A stretch of DNA of 41,040 nt from Methylomarinum sp. GTDB taxonomy: Bacteria > Pseudomonadota > Gammaproteobacteria > Methylococcales > Methylomonadaceae. The stretch covers positions 1-41,040 of the forward strand of contig DAOVVZ010000001.1 of NCBI GenBank assembly GCA_030636915.1, written 5' to 3'. Position numbers and translations under genes: made by a program. The notes beneath the pieces were generated by a model that worked only from the letters and a program-made list of their open reading frames with translations, searched no databases and was not told where the DNA came from. Of this stretch, positions 16,124 to 25,191 are shown piece by piece; within the stretch, counting starts at the first letter, position 1; each line of letters opens with the position of its first letter.

Positions 16124-17436
16124 TATCTACGGCCCTCATAATCAATTTCGACATTCATAAATCCATCATTATCAAAACCAAGACCCTGTTCTAATAGTTC
16201 AGCGTATTTACTTTCAACTTTTACAACTACGTCTTGAGGGACTTTGTATTCAGCTAACAACATGTTTGCAGTACCATATGTTATTAAGTCGTACCATTCA
16301 GAAGGAAAATCAATTTCATCAGCGTTGTCATCAGTTATATCTAATGGGCGAATAAAAGTAATAGGCAATAAACCTTTGTTGTTGCTTGCTGGTTGCCATA
16401 TAAATAAAACACCATCCCCAAGCTTAGGCGAGTAATACCACTTCGTAACAGTTCCTTCTGTGCGTTTGTTTGGTTGCTCTTGATATTGTGATCGAGTCCA
16501 TTCAGTGGTTGGGATGTCATTACCTGTTACTGAATTTCTAAACCGACAATTATTAATATTCATAGGGCGAGGAACAACATTTGTATAAGTATAAATAGTA
16601 TTTCCTGAAGCTGCATCATCAATTAATTCATCAGCTATTTCGAAGGGTGATAAGTAAATAACGTTAGACCACTGGATGGTGTCATCATCTAAAAATACGC
16701 CGATTTTATCACCCGTAGATTTATCAATATAATTTAGACTATTAATAGAATTTGTTACGTTTGCAGAAGAGGAGCCATTTTCAAATTTAAAAGTTGATGT
16801 TGTTTGTCTTGCTGTGAATTCAAGCCTTATTTGTGTATCTGAAAAACTAGAATCAGAAACTATTGTTCCATCAATATCTTCAATGTAAAAGTTAGCGCTT
16901 GCTGAATTTCCTTTTTCAAAATTACAAATAAGAATATAAGTAGTTCCAACCGTTGTTGTTAAATCATAAGAAGCTGAGCCTTGCGCTGTATTTGTTAAAA
17001 CTAAGCCTAAAGATGAAGCTTCAATTGTCCCGTCTGTTACTGTCCAGCCTTGAACCGTTGTTGTTGGGTCACTTGTTAGTATATCGCTTGCTGCTTTCAT
17101 ACCCGCTGAATCAGCAAGAGTTAAAATTGATTCTGTTTCAGCCGCACCTGAAGAAAGCGTTGTATCAATAAAATCATCTTCATCAAAACAATGATCACCA
17201 TCTTCACCTAGTAAATATTTGCGCTGTCCCTTAGCAAGAACAAGTAAAGCTTCAGTTTCACGCCACAAATTAAAACCTTCTGTTTGAAGAAACTTAACGA
17301 AACCATTCAGAGCTTCTAAAGCGTTGCTTCTGTGAATGCCTTCAATTGGTGTTTCTGCATCAATTACACGAATAGTCCTTAATACTCGTTTAATTATTTG
17401 TATTGTTGTGCGTCCGTAAATAGGATTAGAAGCCAT
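16123..17436 (-). CDS. P22 gp4-like head-to-tail adaptor carrying a large internal insertion (jelly-roll / carbohydrate-binding-like)
   Basis: 437 aa. The N-terminus IIKRVLRTIRVIDAETPIEGIHRSNALEALNGFVKFLQTEG parallels gp4 [43 protein letters not shown]. The C-terminus SEWYDLITYGTANMLLAEYKVPQDVVVKVESKYAELL parallels gp4 [34 protein letters not shown]. About 250 extra residues lie between them. Confidence 0.5.
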   Translation of the reverse strand: MASNPIYGRTTIQIIKRVLRTIRVIDAETPIEGIHRSNALEALNGFVKFLQTEGFNLWRETEALLVLAKGQRKYLLGEDGDHCFDEDDFIDTTLSSGAAETESILTLADSAGMKAASDILTSDPTTTVQGWTVTDGTIEASSLGLVLTNTAQGSASYDLTTTVGTTYILICNFEKGNSASANFYIEDIDGTIVSDSSFSDTQIRLEFTARQTTSTFKFENGSSSANVTNSINSLNYIDKSTGDKIGVFLDDDTIQWSNVIYLSPFEIADELIDDAASGNTIYTYTNVVPRPMNINNCRFRNSVTGNDIPTTEWTRSQYQEQPNKRTEGTVTKWYYSPKLGDGVLFIWQPASNNKGLLPITFIRPLDITDDNADEIDFPSEWYDLITYGTANMLLAEYKVPQDVVVKVESKYAELLEQGLGFDNDGFMNVEIDYEGRR

Positions 17437-17445
17437 GATTGAACC

Positions 17446-17724
17446 TTATAAGAAATTTAATTCTGAAGCTATGCCAACGCCAAAAGTAAGATCATCATCT
17501 TCTGCTATTTGTGGGCGCGGATTGTTAACTGATATTTTATCTTGTCGTGGGTAAATTATTAATTGTGGGTGCTTAGCATCGTATTCTGAAGCTATTGTCT
17601 TGTACCCTTTCCAATCAACTTTTGTGTCTGAATTCCAACAAGCAAAGCCACTTTCATCTGAAATAACTAGAAAGTCTCCTGCTCTAAATTTACCTACTTT
17701 TTGTGCATTGCGATATGCCGGCAT
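17446..17724 (-). CDS. Hypothetical head/neck-module protein
   Basis: 92-aa ORF between the coat gene region and the adaptor. No motif recognised. Confidence 0.55.
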   Translation of the reverse strand: MPAYRNAQKVGKFRAGDFLVISDESGFACWNSDTKVDWKGYKTIASEYDAKHPQLIIYPRQDKISVNNPRPQIAEDDDLTFGVGIASELNFL

Positions 17725-17735
17725 GAATCACCCCA

Positions 17736-17760
17736 AAATAAAAAGCCAGAGTTTACTGGC
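17736..17760 (-). terminator. Weak rho-independent terminator (minus strand)
   Basis: Minus-strand GCCAG-TAAACT-CTGGC followed by TTTTTATTTT (rc of 17736-17744). Confidence 0.35.
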
Positions 17761-17770
17761 GATTTAATTA

Positions 17771-17887
17771 TTAATAACCTTGGCGTTTTTGATTAGGCTT
17801 GTTATTGCCTTTGTATTTATTGCCTTGCTCATTAGGTGGAATTTGCTTTCCGCGCTGTTGTTCTTCTGTCTGTCTAGTTCTGCCCAT
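17771..17887 (-). CDS. 38-aa highly basic small protein
   Basis: Hand-read ORF MGRTRQTEEQQRGKQIPPNEQGNKYKGNNKPNQKRQGY with AAGGGG 7 nt upstream. It lies between two terminator-like hairpins, directly downstream of the coat gene. Confidence 0.35.
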   Translation of the reverse strand: MGRTRQTEEQQRGKQIPPNEQGNKYKGNNKPNQKRQGY

Positions 17888-17900
17888 GATTTGCCCCTTA

Positions 17901-17939
17901 ATTAAAATAAAAAAGCCACACTAAAAAATAGTATGGCTT
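17901..17939 (-). terminator. Rho-independent terminator immediately after the major capsid gene
   Basis: Minus-strand RNA: AAGCCAUAC (rc 17931-17939), 9-nt loop, GUGUGGCUU (rc 17913-17921). The stem is 9 bp including one G-U pair and is followed by UUUUUUAUUUU. Confidence 0.6.
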
Positions 17940-17972
17940 AATAATAACACAGTATATAAAATACCTAAATGA

Positions 17973-18896
17973 TTAGGTGTTACCTGCGTATATTGCACGT
18001 GGATCAGTCCAACCTGCCATGTAACGCTCAGAAGCCTTGTATCTTGCGTTGCCAGTGTTAAAACTGTTATCTTCACCAAACGATAATGAACGACGATTAA
18101 ACGAATTTAAACCATTGTCACAATCAGTTTTCATGAACCAAGCAGTCGGGCTTGTTAGATAAACCGAAGTCATCCAACCGTTACGAACTGAACCCATTGC
18201 ATTTACAGCATTCACCGCGTTGTTAGCCGTGTTATTTTGCAACACTGAGCCAAGTACACGTTCAAATTCAAACTGTAAATCAGGTGAACCAATAAGCGTT
18301 TCTGCCATAAGGTCGATAGGTTTAGCGCGTGAATCAGTAGCTTTTTGAATCTGAATTAATAGATCTTCAAGAGCTGCTTCAGAGAATGCCGCGCCAACAC
18401 TTAAGCGATTTGAAAACGTGCCTGAATTACTAGGGCCGTTTAAATGAGCAGTTGAAAACAACTGAACACCATCGCCGTCTGGCATAACAAAGTTAGCGTC
18501 AAAGCCGTTATTCAAAATATTATGATGAATAATTTCCTTTGTTACTCGCATTGATTTACCAAGTGATTTTGCATCGTTCAATGCAACGCTATATTGATTA
18601 TCTTCAATTGCTTCTTCAGTAACTACAAAACCTTTTGCAATGGTTGCTGCAATGTACTTAGGAGTAAAACCTTGTTGACGAGAATCAAAAGTAACGTCTT
18701 GCCCTTCAGGTTTAACAGACGCAAGACCGAAGCCTTCTACCTGAACATCAACTTCAAAAGCTTTCTGTGATTGCTTAACGTCAAAGATGCGCGACCATAA
18801 CGGATCACGTTCTTTATATGTATCACCGAAGATTTCACGAATACCCAGTTGTAAGAGGCGTGGGATATTGCCTGTAGTAATAGTTCCACCAGCCAT
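17973..18896 (-). CDS. Major capsid protein (HK97-fold type)
   Basis: 307 aa, downstream of the scaffold and followed by a strong terminator. The N-terminal pattern (RLLQLGIREIFGDTYKE..PLWSRIF......AFEVDVQVEGFG) resembles Mu gpT-like/HK97-like coat proteins as I recall them. Confidence 0.75.
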   Translation of the reverse strand: MAGGTITTGNIPRLLQLGIREIFGDTYKERDPLWSRIFDVKQSQKAFEVDVQVEGFGLASVKPEGQDVTFDSRQQGFTPKYIAATIAKGFVVTEEAIEDNQYSVALNDAKSLGKSMRVTKEIIHHNILNNGFDANFVMPDGDGVQLFSTAHLNGPSNSGTFSNRLSVGAAFSEAALEDLLIQIQKATDSRAKPIDLMAETLIGSPDLQFEFERVLGSVLQNNTANNAVNAVNAMGSVRNGWMTSVYLTSPTAWFMKTDCDNGLNSFNRRSLSFGEDNSFNTGNARYKASERYMAGWTDPRAIYAGNT

Positions 18897-18899
18897 GTT

Positions 18900-19469
18900 C
18901 TATACTCCTGCTGTGTTAGTACCTTGGGTACTGTTGTTGATACGAACACGCGCATAAGAACCGTCAAACAATCCAGTTGTAGGACTCTTTGCAATTCCGA
19001 CTACACGAAACTTAAGTGCCGCAGTGGTGGCTGCACCTGCTGAGATAACGCCCATGTTCGAGATGGTTAAACCACCTGACTTAGTGGCTGCCGAAGCGTC
19101 AACTTGTAGGTTTAATCCCACTTGAACGTTAGTTAAATCTGAATCCGTAACTGCAACAATGTAGTTGAGTTCAGGACTGATTAAAACTCGAGCCTTGCCA
19201 GCAGTTAATGCAGGAAGACCTGTTTCAGATAAGTTTTCACCGATAAACTGAGGTTCAAAACCTGCAATGATACCTGTGACCGCTGTAGTAGCACCCGCTG
19301 TTACGGCGTCAACAGTACCAACACCGTCTGCTGCAACTGAAGTACCTGTAATGATAACCGCATCACCGATTGCGAGTAATGTAGCGTGAGTAGCTAAAAC
19401 ATTAAATGTTTCAAGCTTACCGACTAAGTCTCCCGCGCCTTGTGATTGGTCTAAAGTAAAACCACCCAT
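18900..19469 (-). CDS. Putative head decoration / accessory capsid protein
   Basis: 189 aa, Gly/Ala/Thr/Val-rich and beta-like (LAIGDAVIITGTSVAADGVGTVDAVTAG). It lies immediately upstream of the coat gene. The resemblance to DUF2190-type decoration proteins is only tentative. Confidence 0.35.
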   Translation of the reverse strand: MGGFTLDQSQGAGDLVGKLETFNVLATHATLLAIGDAVIITGTSVAADGVGTVDAVTAGATTAVTGIIAGFEPQFIGENLSETGLPALTAGKARVLISPELNYIVAVTDSDLTNVQVGLNLQVDASAATKSGGLTISNMGVISAGAATTAALKFRVVGIAKSPTTGLFDGSYARVRINNSTQGTNTAGV

Positions 19470-19561
19470 GATAAATTCCTTAATAAATAAAAGTTAAAAG
19501 TTAAATTATAAAGTTTTAATCAAATAACCACGAAGGGCTGATTAAATTAGAAAGATGTTTA

Positions 19562-20095
19562 TCAACTTGTCATTAAGTCAATAGCATCATTTGGAGTCTC
19601 TTTAAAACTTAAACTAGCAACTTCACCTTTACCAAGCTCTTTACTATCTCCTGCGTACTCTCTGCCGCTGACCTGAGATATTTGAGCATGTTGGGCTACT
19701 GCTTTTTCATGTTTTATTTTTTCATCTTCTTCGAAGTACTTCTGTTCACAACGCATTAAATACAAATTACACCCTTTTGAATGCTGTATAACGTGTTGCC
19801 CTGCCAAGCTTCCGAAGCCGTGTCTAACGAAAGTATAACCCGATTCTAGCATCTGTTGCAAAGATATCGGATATCCGTCTGAATCTGTGGCCCATTGATA
19901 ATTGTATCCTTCCTCTTGATTTGACCAATCAAGTTTAAGTTTTGCGGCTAATGGGATTCGTTTACCGCCTTTAATTCTCTGCTGTGAAGCAACCTCTAGC
20001 TCGTCAAGATATGTCATCTTCTGAGCTTGTTCACCTTGATGTACTATAGGGCGCTCGCGTTTTTTGTCTTTAGTTCCTGCTTTTTGATTATTCAT
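19562..20095 (-). CDS. Hypothetical head-assembly module protein
   Basis: 177-aa ORF with a basic N-terminus, between the scaffold and the decoration-like gene. Confidence 0.55.
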   Translation of the reverse strand: MNNQKAGTKDKKRERPIVHQGEQAQKMTYLDELEVASQQRIKGGKRIPLAAKLKLDWSNQEEGYNYQWATDSDGYPISLQQMLESGYTFVRHGFGSLAGQHVIQHSKGCNLYLMRCEQKYFEEDEKIKHEKAVAQHAQISQVSGREYAGDSKELGKGEVASLSFKETPNDAIDLMTS

Positions 20096-20104
20096 ACATT
20101 ACCC

Positions 20105-20956
20105 CTATAATTTAACATCGTTAAGAATCTTGATCATTTCAGCATCAGATTTATTTGCGTATTTAACACTGACATTTTTCAGTGATTGAATTGAAGCTCT
20201 ATCTTCTGCCGTTAGATTATCAACAGTAATTTTATCGCTCTTGCTTGCTGTTGATTTCTTACCATCAGTAACAGAAGCTTTTTCGCGTCTTTCATTTTTA
20301 GCAGGTGCTTTTGTGATGTTGTATTGCTTGTTTACCTCAGCTTCAACTGCATCAACTAATTCTTGTCCCGACAAAGATTGACTGTTTATAAAGTGTGCCG
20401 CTGCTTGTTGAGCATAACCAACATGACCTTGTTTCAAGTCATTAAAGTAATTGTTTTCAATCTGCAAGTCTTCAGGTGCAGCTTGTTCAGGCTTTGCTGA
20501 TTCATTTAACTGATTAGATTGTTGCTCGTTTGCTGCAAGTTCCTTATCAATTTTCTTTACTGCTGCCTTATCAGAGTCTTCAATGGCAACTTCTTTTGCT
20601 GCTTCAAGAGATTGCTTTTGCGTTGCTAGTTGCGCTTGCCAATAAGCATTGTTATCAGATATTCTTTTATCTTGATTCTTCTGCCCATTTTTAAGCACTT
20701 GCATTTGCTTGAAGATATCACCGTTTTTATTGAAGTGAGTCGCACTAATCCATTCTTCTGGATCCTTACCTGCTGCTGTCCAATCTTCTTTTGTTTGCCA
20801 GCCTTTTTGTAAAGCCTTTGCTGCCGCTTCACTTACCTGTGGCAACTCTTTTGCTTCAGGATTTTCTTCTACTGCTTTTATAATTGGCTGATCTTCACCG
20901 CTAGTTATAATCGAAGTATCTTGTGCACTCTCTTGTGCCGCGTTTAATTCACTCAT
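20105..20956 (-). CDS. Scaffolding protein
   Basis: 283 aa, highly charged (E/K/Q/A-rich), predicted helical coiled-coil. It lies between the portal region and the coat gene, as in P22. Confidence 0.65.
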   Translation of the reverse strand: MSELNAAQESAQDTSIITSGEDQPIIKAVEENPEAKELPQVSEAAAKALQKGWQTKEDWTAAGKDPEEWISATHFNKNGDIFKQMQVLKNGQKNQDKRISDNNAYWQAQLATQKQSLEAAKEVAIEDSDKAAVKKIDKELAANEQQSNQLNESAKPEQAAPEDLQIENNYFNDLKQGHVGYAQQAAAHFINSQSLSGQELVDAVEAEVNKQYNITKAPAKNERREKASVTDGKKSTASKSDKITVDNLTAEDRASIQSLKNVSVKYANKSDAEMIKILNDVKL

Positions 20957-21300
20957 TATAAATTCACCTTAGCTTTAATGTCATAGTCTAATACATAGAC
21001 TAGGTTTGATTTTGCCCCAGCAACTTTCATGTAAACATGGCTAGGAAATTGAACATGGTCACCTATTGTAAAACCCCACTCTTCAGCACTATCAATACCT
21101 GAGTCATGGTTTTTGTAACAAGTAGGGCCAATCTTTAATACTTTACCAATTGGCATTGCTGCTTGTTCATGGTTAACATCTTTAGTAGCTAATATAATGC
21201 CACCTTTAGATTCTTCTTTGACCTCTAACAGTTCAATCAATATGTGATAACCACATGGTTCAATCTTATCTGCCGTCAAATGTAAGCTATTAATGTCCAC
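20956..21300 (-). CDS. GroES/gp31-like co-chaperonin (Cpn10 fold)
   Basis: IEPCGYHILIELLEVKEESKGGIILATKD....IGKVLKIGPT aligns with GroES [29 protein letters not shown]...GEVLAVGNG, and FTIGDHVQF with VKVGDIVIF. I chose the GTG start at 21300 (GTGGACATTAA overlap with the upstream stop). The track ORF extends to 21351. Confidence 0.65.
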   Translation of the reverse strand: MDINSLHLTADKIEPCGYHILIELLEVKEESKGGIILATKDVNHEQAAMPIGKVLKIGPTCYKNHDSGIDSAEEWGFTIGDHVQFPSHVYMKVAGAKSNLVYVLDYDIKAKVNL

Positions 21301-21580
21301 TATCTTTTTCCTTCTCTTCAAGCTCTGCTTTTGCATTAGCGAAATAATCAAGGAAGTCTTTTATTGTTCCTTGTTCACCAACTTTTCGTGCATGTGTCGC
21401 TCTTGCTTCATCATCAACAGGAATGTTTTCACTTAGAAATTCTAAGTTATCCATGTATTCTTCGATAAAGTCACAGAATAATAAACGTGTAACAGGGTGA
21501 TTTTTCCACTGCACAAGCTCCTCAACTGTTATTTCAGGGCGTTCTAAGTCATTTATTATCTTATCCAGCTTATCTAGCAT
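21290..21580 (-). CDS. Hypothetical acidic protein
   Basis: 96-aa ORF between the portal and the GroES-like gene. Confidence 0.55.
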   Translation of the reverse strand: MLDKLDKIINDLERPEITVEELVQWKNHPVTRLLFCDFIEEYMDNLEFLSENIPVDDEARATHARKVGEQGTIKDFLDYFANAKAELEEKEKDSGH

Positions 21581-21610
21581 TTAAACACTCTCTTTGTGTT
21601 ATAAGGTTAT

Positions 21611-23770
21611 TTAATTAACAACCTTTTCTTTTCTTCTATCATTACGGTCTTCATCATCGTTATCCATGTTAATTAACAATTCGATAGCTTTGATTTTCTT
21701 ATCGTGTTGATTCTTTTCATCTTCGCTTTCTGCTTTTTCTCTAGCAAGAATTGCCTGTTCGTGCATTAGTTCAAGTTCACCTTTTACTTTTGCATCTTTA
21801 CGTGTTGACTCTTTCTGAAGTTCAACAATCTTAGCAAGCGTCTCTTTCATCTTAACTTGCATCTCTTGAATCTTAGCTTCAGTTTCTTTTGCTTTGCGCT
21901 GTAAGTCCATGTTGCCCTGCTCAACTTGAGCTTTCAATAGTTCAGTTTGTAACTGCTCCATCTCTTGCTGCTGCTTCTGCATCTGCATCATTTCATCTTT
22001 CTGTTGCTGCTCTGCATCTGTCATCTGTTCAGGGAATAATTGATCGATATTAGTTGAACCTATCGCCTCATAATATGCTTTAACAACTGGAACAGGATTA
22101 CCGCCAGCCTGCATTAATAAATCAATACGATTTATCTGCGCTTCTGCTAATTGAATCCGTTGCATTTGGTTGCTGAATTGAGCATTTGCAGTTAGTGCAA
22201 TTTGAATATCATTAAAGTAGTCAACCTTCCAGTCTTCTTGACCTGTTATTGATTGATAAATTACCGGGTCAGTAAACTTCTGATTCAGGTCAAAGATAAT
22301 TTGAAACTCTTTAGACATACCATCGACAACGTTCATTAATAAACTTGAAGTAGGAATTGCCCCCTCTTGCAATACACCCAGAACTGAAGCTGCTGGAACG
22401 TTAGGACTTAATGCTTGATCTAAATTAAACTTGGAGCTCATTTCTTTTACGTCACCCTTAAGTTCAGTAGTAAGCGCATGTAATACTTGTGATGGCTCTT
22501 TGAATGGCATTGTCATGATTGAGGTTTGCAAAGATTTAGCAGAAATATTTGTTTGTTTAAATGAACCCGCTTTTGTTCTGAATGCCCCTGAAGATTTGCG
22601 ATCACGATGCTCTTTAGATAACCAACCACCTTGTAAGTTTGCCAGTTCTCCGGCATTCATCAATGAGTTAGTTGTTAGGTTAATACCTTTAACCGTAGCG
22701 CCTAGCATTTGCAAATAACCGATAGATAAGAATGCACCATCAGGAGATTCAACGAATCCATAGTAAGTAATTATTTGTGTTGGAATGATACGAGCTAAAC
22801 GAGAGTTTTTGATCACCTCATCAGTTTTTGTTTCTTTCCTTACCTCATTGAATGAAGCAACACTTGTTTCAGGTTCTTCTTTTGCTTTGGCATCAAGCAA
22901 TTCTTTTAGATTGTAAGTATTGCCATTGTAAACAACGAAAATAGTATCAACATCATAACGAGCAACAACACGAACCACCTTTTCAGTGTTCTTATGAACG
23001 GTCACAAGTAAAGGTTCAGCATAGCCATCACAATCTAAATCAAACTCGCAATACTGTTCAAGGAATTCAAAATCTTCATCTTCCATTGTTTCATCAGCAT
23101 CATCAGGAATGATTTCTTCATCCTTTGACCATAGCCCGGCTTGTTGAAGTTCCCATATATCATTGGCACGATATGTTTTTATTTCAGTGAAGCAACAATC
23201 ATCAATATCTTCACATTCATTATTCAATGAAAAGTTAGGGTATTTAATAATAGAAGATTGATTTCTTCCTTCAGTAGAATCAAAGAATGTTTTCTTGAAT
23301 ACAGCACCCTGAGCAGGTAACAAATATAAAAGCTTCTTCTGCTTTTCACGCCATGATTTCATTTCACTGTTGATCTGCCAATTCATATGGTCAGTGATAC
23401 GTTCACTTGATTGTTTCTTACTGTTATCTTCATCAACACCAACAACAGAAGTTGCAACTAAATCTTTAGCCTTCATTATCTCAGTCTTGGCCCTATCCCC
23501 AAAAGTTCTGATTGCTTCAGTGATCAAAGTGCTTTTAAAGTTTGCAGCACCTTCCCACGGGTAATCATTACCTTTAGTTTCAAACTCTGCAATCTTCATA
23601 CCTTCGTCAATTAGTTTTGACCAATCAGACATCGATGCTTGATTCTTTTCGTGTCGTTGACAAACTAAATGACCTAATTTTAAAAGTTTCTCTTTGCTTT
23701 TGTCTTTTTTGATAGCCCTATCAACAAGGTTAGCTTCATCAATTGCATCAATGTATTTTTGAATAGTCAT
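21611..23770 (-). CDS. Portal protein (P22-like, with long C-terminal coiled-coil barrel)
   Basis: 719 aa from ATG 23770, which forms a TAATG overlap with the terminase stop (P22 portal is 725 aa). It lies immediately after TerL. The C-terminal ~130 aa are Q/E/K-rich coiled coil, like the P22 portal barrel. Confidence 0.8.
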   Translation of the reverse strand: MTIQKYIDAIDEANLVDRAIKKDKSKEKLLKLGHLVCQRHEKNQASMSDWSKLIDEGMKIAEFETKGNDYPWEGAANFKSTLITEAIRTFGDRAKTEIMKAKDLVATSVVGVDEDNSKKQSSERITDHMNWQINSEMKSWREKQKKLLYLLPAQGAVFKKTFFDSTEGRNQSSIIKYPNFSLNNECEDIDDCCFTEIKTYRANDIWELQQAGLWSKDEEIIPDDADETMEDEDFEFLEQYCEFDLDCDGYAEPLLVTVHKNTEKVVRVVARYDVDTIFVVYNGNTYNLKELLDAKAKEEPETSVASFNEVRKETKTDEVIKNSRLARIIPTQIITYYGFVESPDGAFLSIGYLQMLGATVKGINLTTNSLMNAGELANLQGGWLSKEHRDRKSSGAFRTKAGSFKQTNISAKSLQTSIMTMPFKEPSQVLHALTTELKGDVKEMSSKFNLDQALSPNVPAASVLGVLQEGAIPTSSLLMNVVDGMSKEFQIIFDLNQKFTDPVIYQSITGQEDWKVDYFNDIQIALTANAQFSNQMQRIQLAEAQINRIDLLMQAGGNPVPVVKAYYEAIGSTNIDQLFPEQMTDAEQQQKDEMMQMQKQQQEMEQLQTELLKAQVEQGNMDLQRKAKETEAKIQEMQVKMKETLAKIVELQKESTRKDAKVKGELELMHEQAILAREKAESEDEKNQHDKKIKAIELLINMDNDDEDRNDRRKEKVVN

Positions 23771-25191
23771 TACCAATATCCTGTGTTGTTATCTTCTTCA
23801 ACAGGCCCATCATAAGGTTCTGTTTCTGCGTGTCTTAGTGACATTATGCCATATCTAACAGCATCAAGAAAATCATCGCGTGTTTTTACTACTTTACCAT
23901 CTTTACGATGATATAAACGAAACTCTTCAAAGAACATTTCAAGCTGTGAAAATACTTTGAACTTGCCTAGAACCATCATGTTTAGCATCATAGAAAGCCC
24001 CATTTCAACAGAGTTACCACCATCCTCAAAGGTCGCTCTATCTTCAAGCATGTTTACATCTTCTTCAGCATATAAATCACGGATAGTTTCTTTAGTATTT
24101 TTATCATGCTTAAGTGCATCATGGGGCCATGCAACAGGCACCCATTTGTGAAGCTTGTTAATTAGTACCGCCTCTTCTGCGATAGTCTTCTTGGATGCTT
24201 TCCAGCCATTGTATAAATAAACTGTTTCATTATCTCTATCGAATGCTAAGAACGCACAAGCCGATGGATGGTCATATGTACCTAAATCAAGCGCTTTAAT
24301 TCTAGGCCAATGACTTGGGATATCAAATGGTGTAACTCTGATATGGTCTTCACTAATAGGATATATTCTACCCTCACCTAATATCGGTATACCTTTACTT
24401 CGTGCTTCTCGTTCATGCTCAGGATAACTATTAACAATCTGCTCTTTCTCTGCCATCGTATAATGTTCAACGTCCATAATCGTCATCATGGTTAAGTGTT
24501 GATACTTGCTTGGCTCTGAATAGAACTCATTAACCACTGATGTCATACCTTTAAGTGGCGTAAATGTCATAAAGGAGAATTGACCGTTCTGTCCCTTGTT
24601 TGTACGTGTTAAACATTCGGTATATATATCTTGGTCTGGCTCCTCGTCATGCCAAACCCAATCAATGGTTTCACCCTGCAGCTTAGCTCTGCCTTTTTCT
24701 CTCGACTTGAAGAATATTAATGATGTGCCACCGTCAAAATGCTTTACTTTAACGTGATCTAGTAAATCCTTAACGCCATTTGATTTAACTAATCCAACCA
24801 ATTTATCAGTAGGTATTGTACCCGTTCCAATATCTTCCTCTATCTGAACACGACCACACAATAGTTTTTGAACAGTATCACGTATTAACTCACCTGACTC
24901 ACCCGTTACCCAGCCAACGTTCTTTTGTGTGAATCTTGCACCAACCCACCAATCAGGATATAAGCCAGTAGAATGATATGCTGCTTCTTGTGCGCCTGAA
25001 TATGTTTTACCTAACTGATTACCCGCACCAAAACAACGTTGTGAGAATGTTAATCCAGCAGCATGGAATTCTTTTTGTTTCTTATATGGCTCATAGAAGA
25101 ACATACCATTATTGCGCTTTGATTCTTTATATTCATTTATAGCCTGTGCTACTGCAATTGCTACATCTGCATTGTAAGATTCTTTAATCAT
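23770..25191 (-). CDS. terL: Terminase large subunit
   Basis: 473 aa. Walker A GAGNQLGKTYSG, Walker B-like IDWVWHDEEPD, RNaseH-like nuclease Asp region ALDLGTYDHPSA. ATGA overlap with TerS. Confidence 0.9.
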   Translation of the reverse strand: MIKESYNADVAIAVAQAINEYKESKRNNGMFFYEPYKKQKEFHAAGLTFSQRCFGAGNQLGKTYSGAQEAAYHSTGLYPDWWVGARFTQKNVGWVTGESGELIRDTVQKLLCGRVQIEEDIGTGTIPTDKLVGLVKSNGVKDLLDHVKVKHFDGGTSLIFFKSREKGRAKLQGETIDWVWHDEEPDQDIYTECLTRTNKGQNGQFSFMTFTPLKGMTSVVNEFYSEPSKYQHLTMMTIMDVEHYTMAEKEQIVNSYPEHEREARSKGIPILGEGRIYPISEDHIRVTPFDIPSHWPRIKALDLGTYDHPSACAFLAFDRDNETVYLYNGWKASKKTIAEEAVLINKLHKWVPVAWPHDALKHDKNTKETIRDLYAEEDVNMLEDRATFEDGGNSVEMGLSMMLNMMVLGKFKVFSQLEMFFEEFRLYHRKDGKVVKTRDDFLDAVRYGIMSLRHAETEPYDGPVEEDNNTGYW

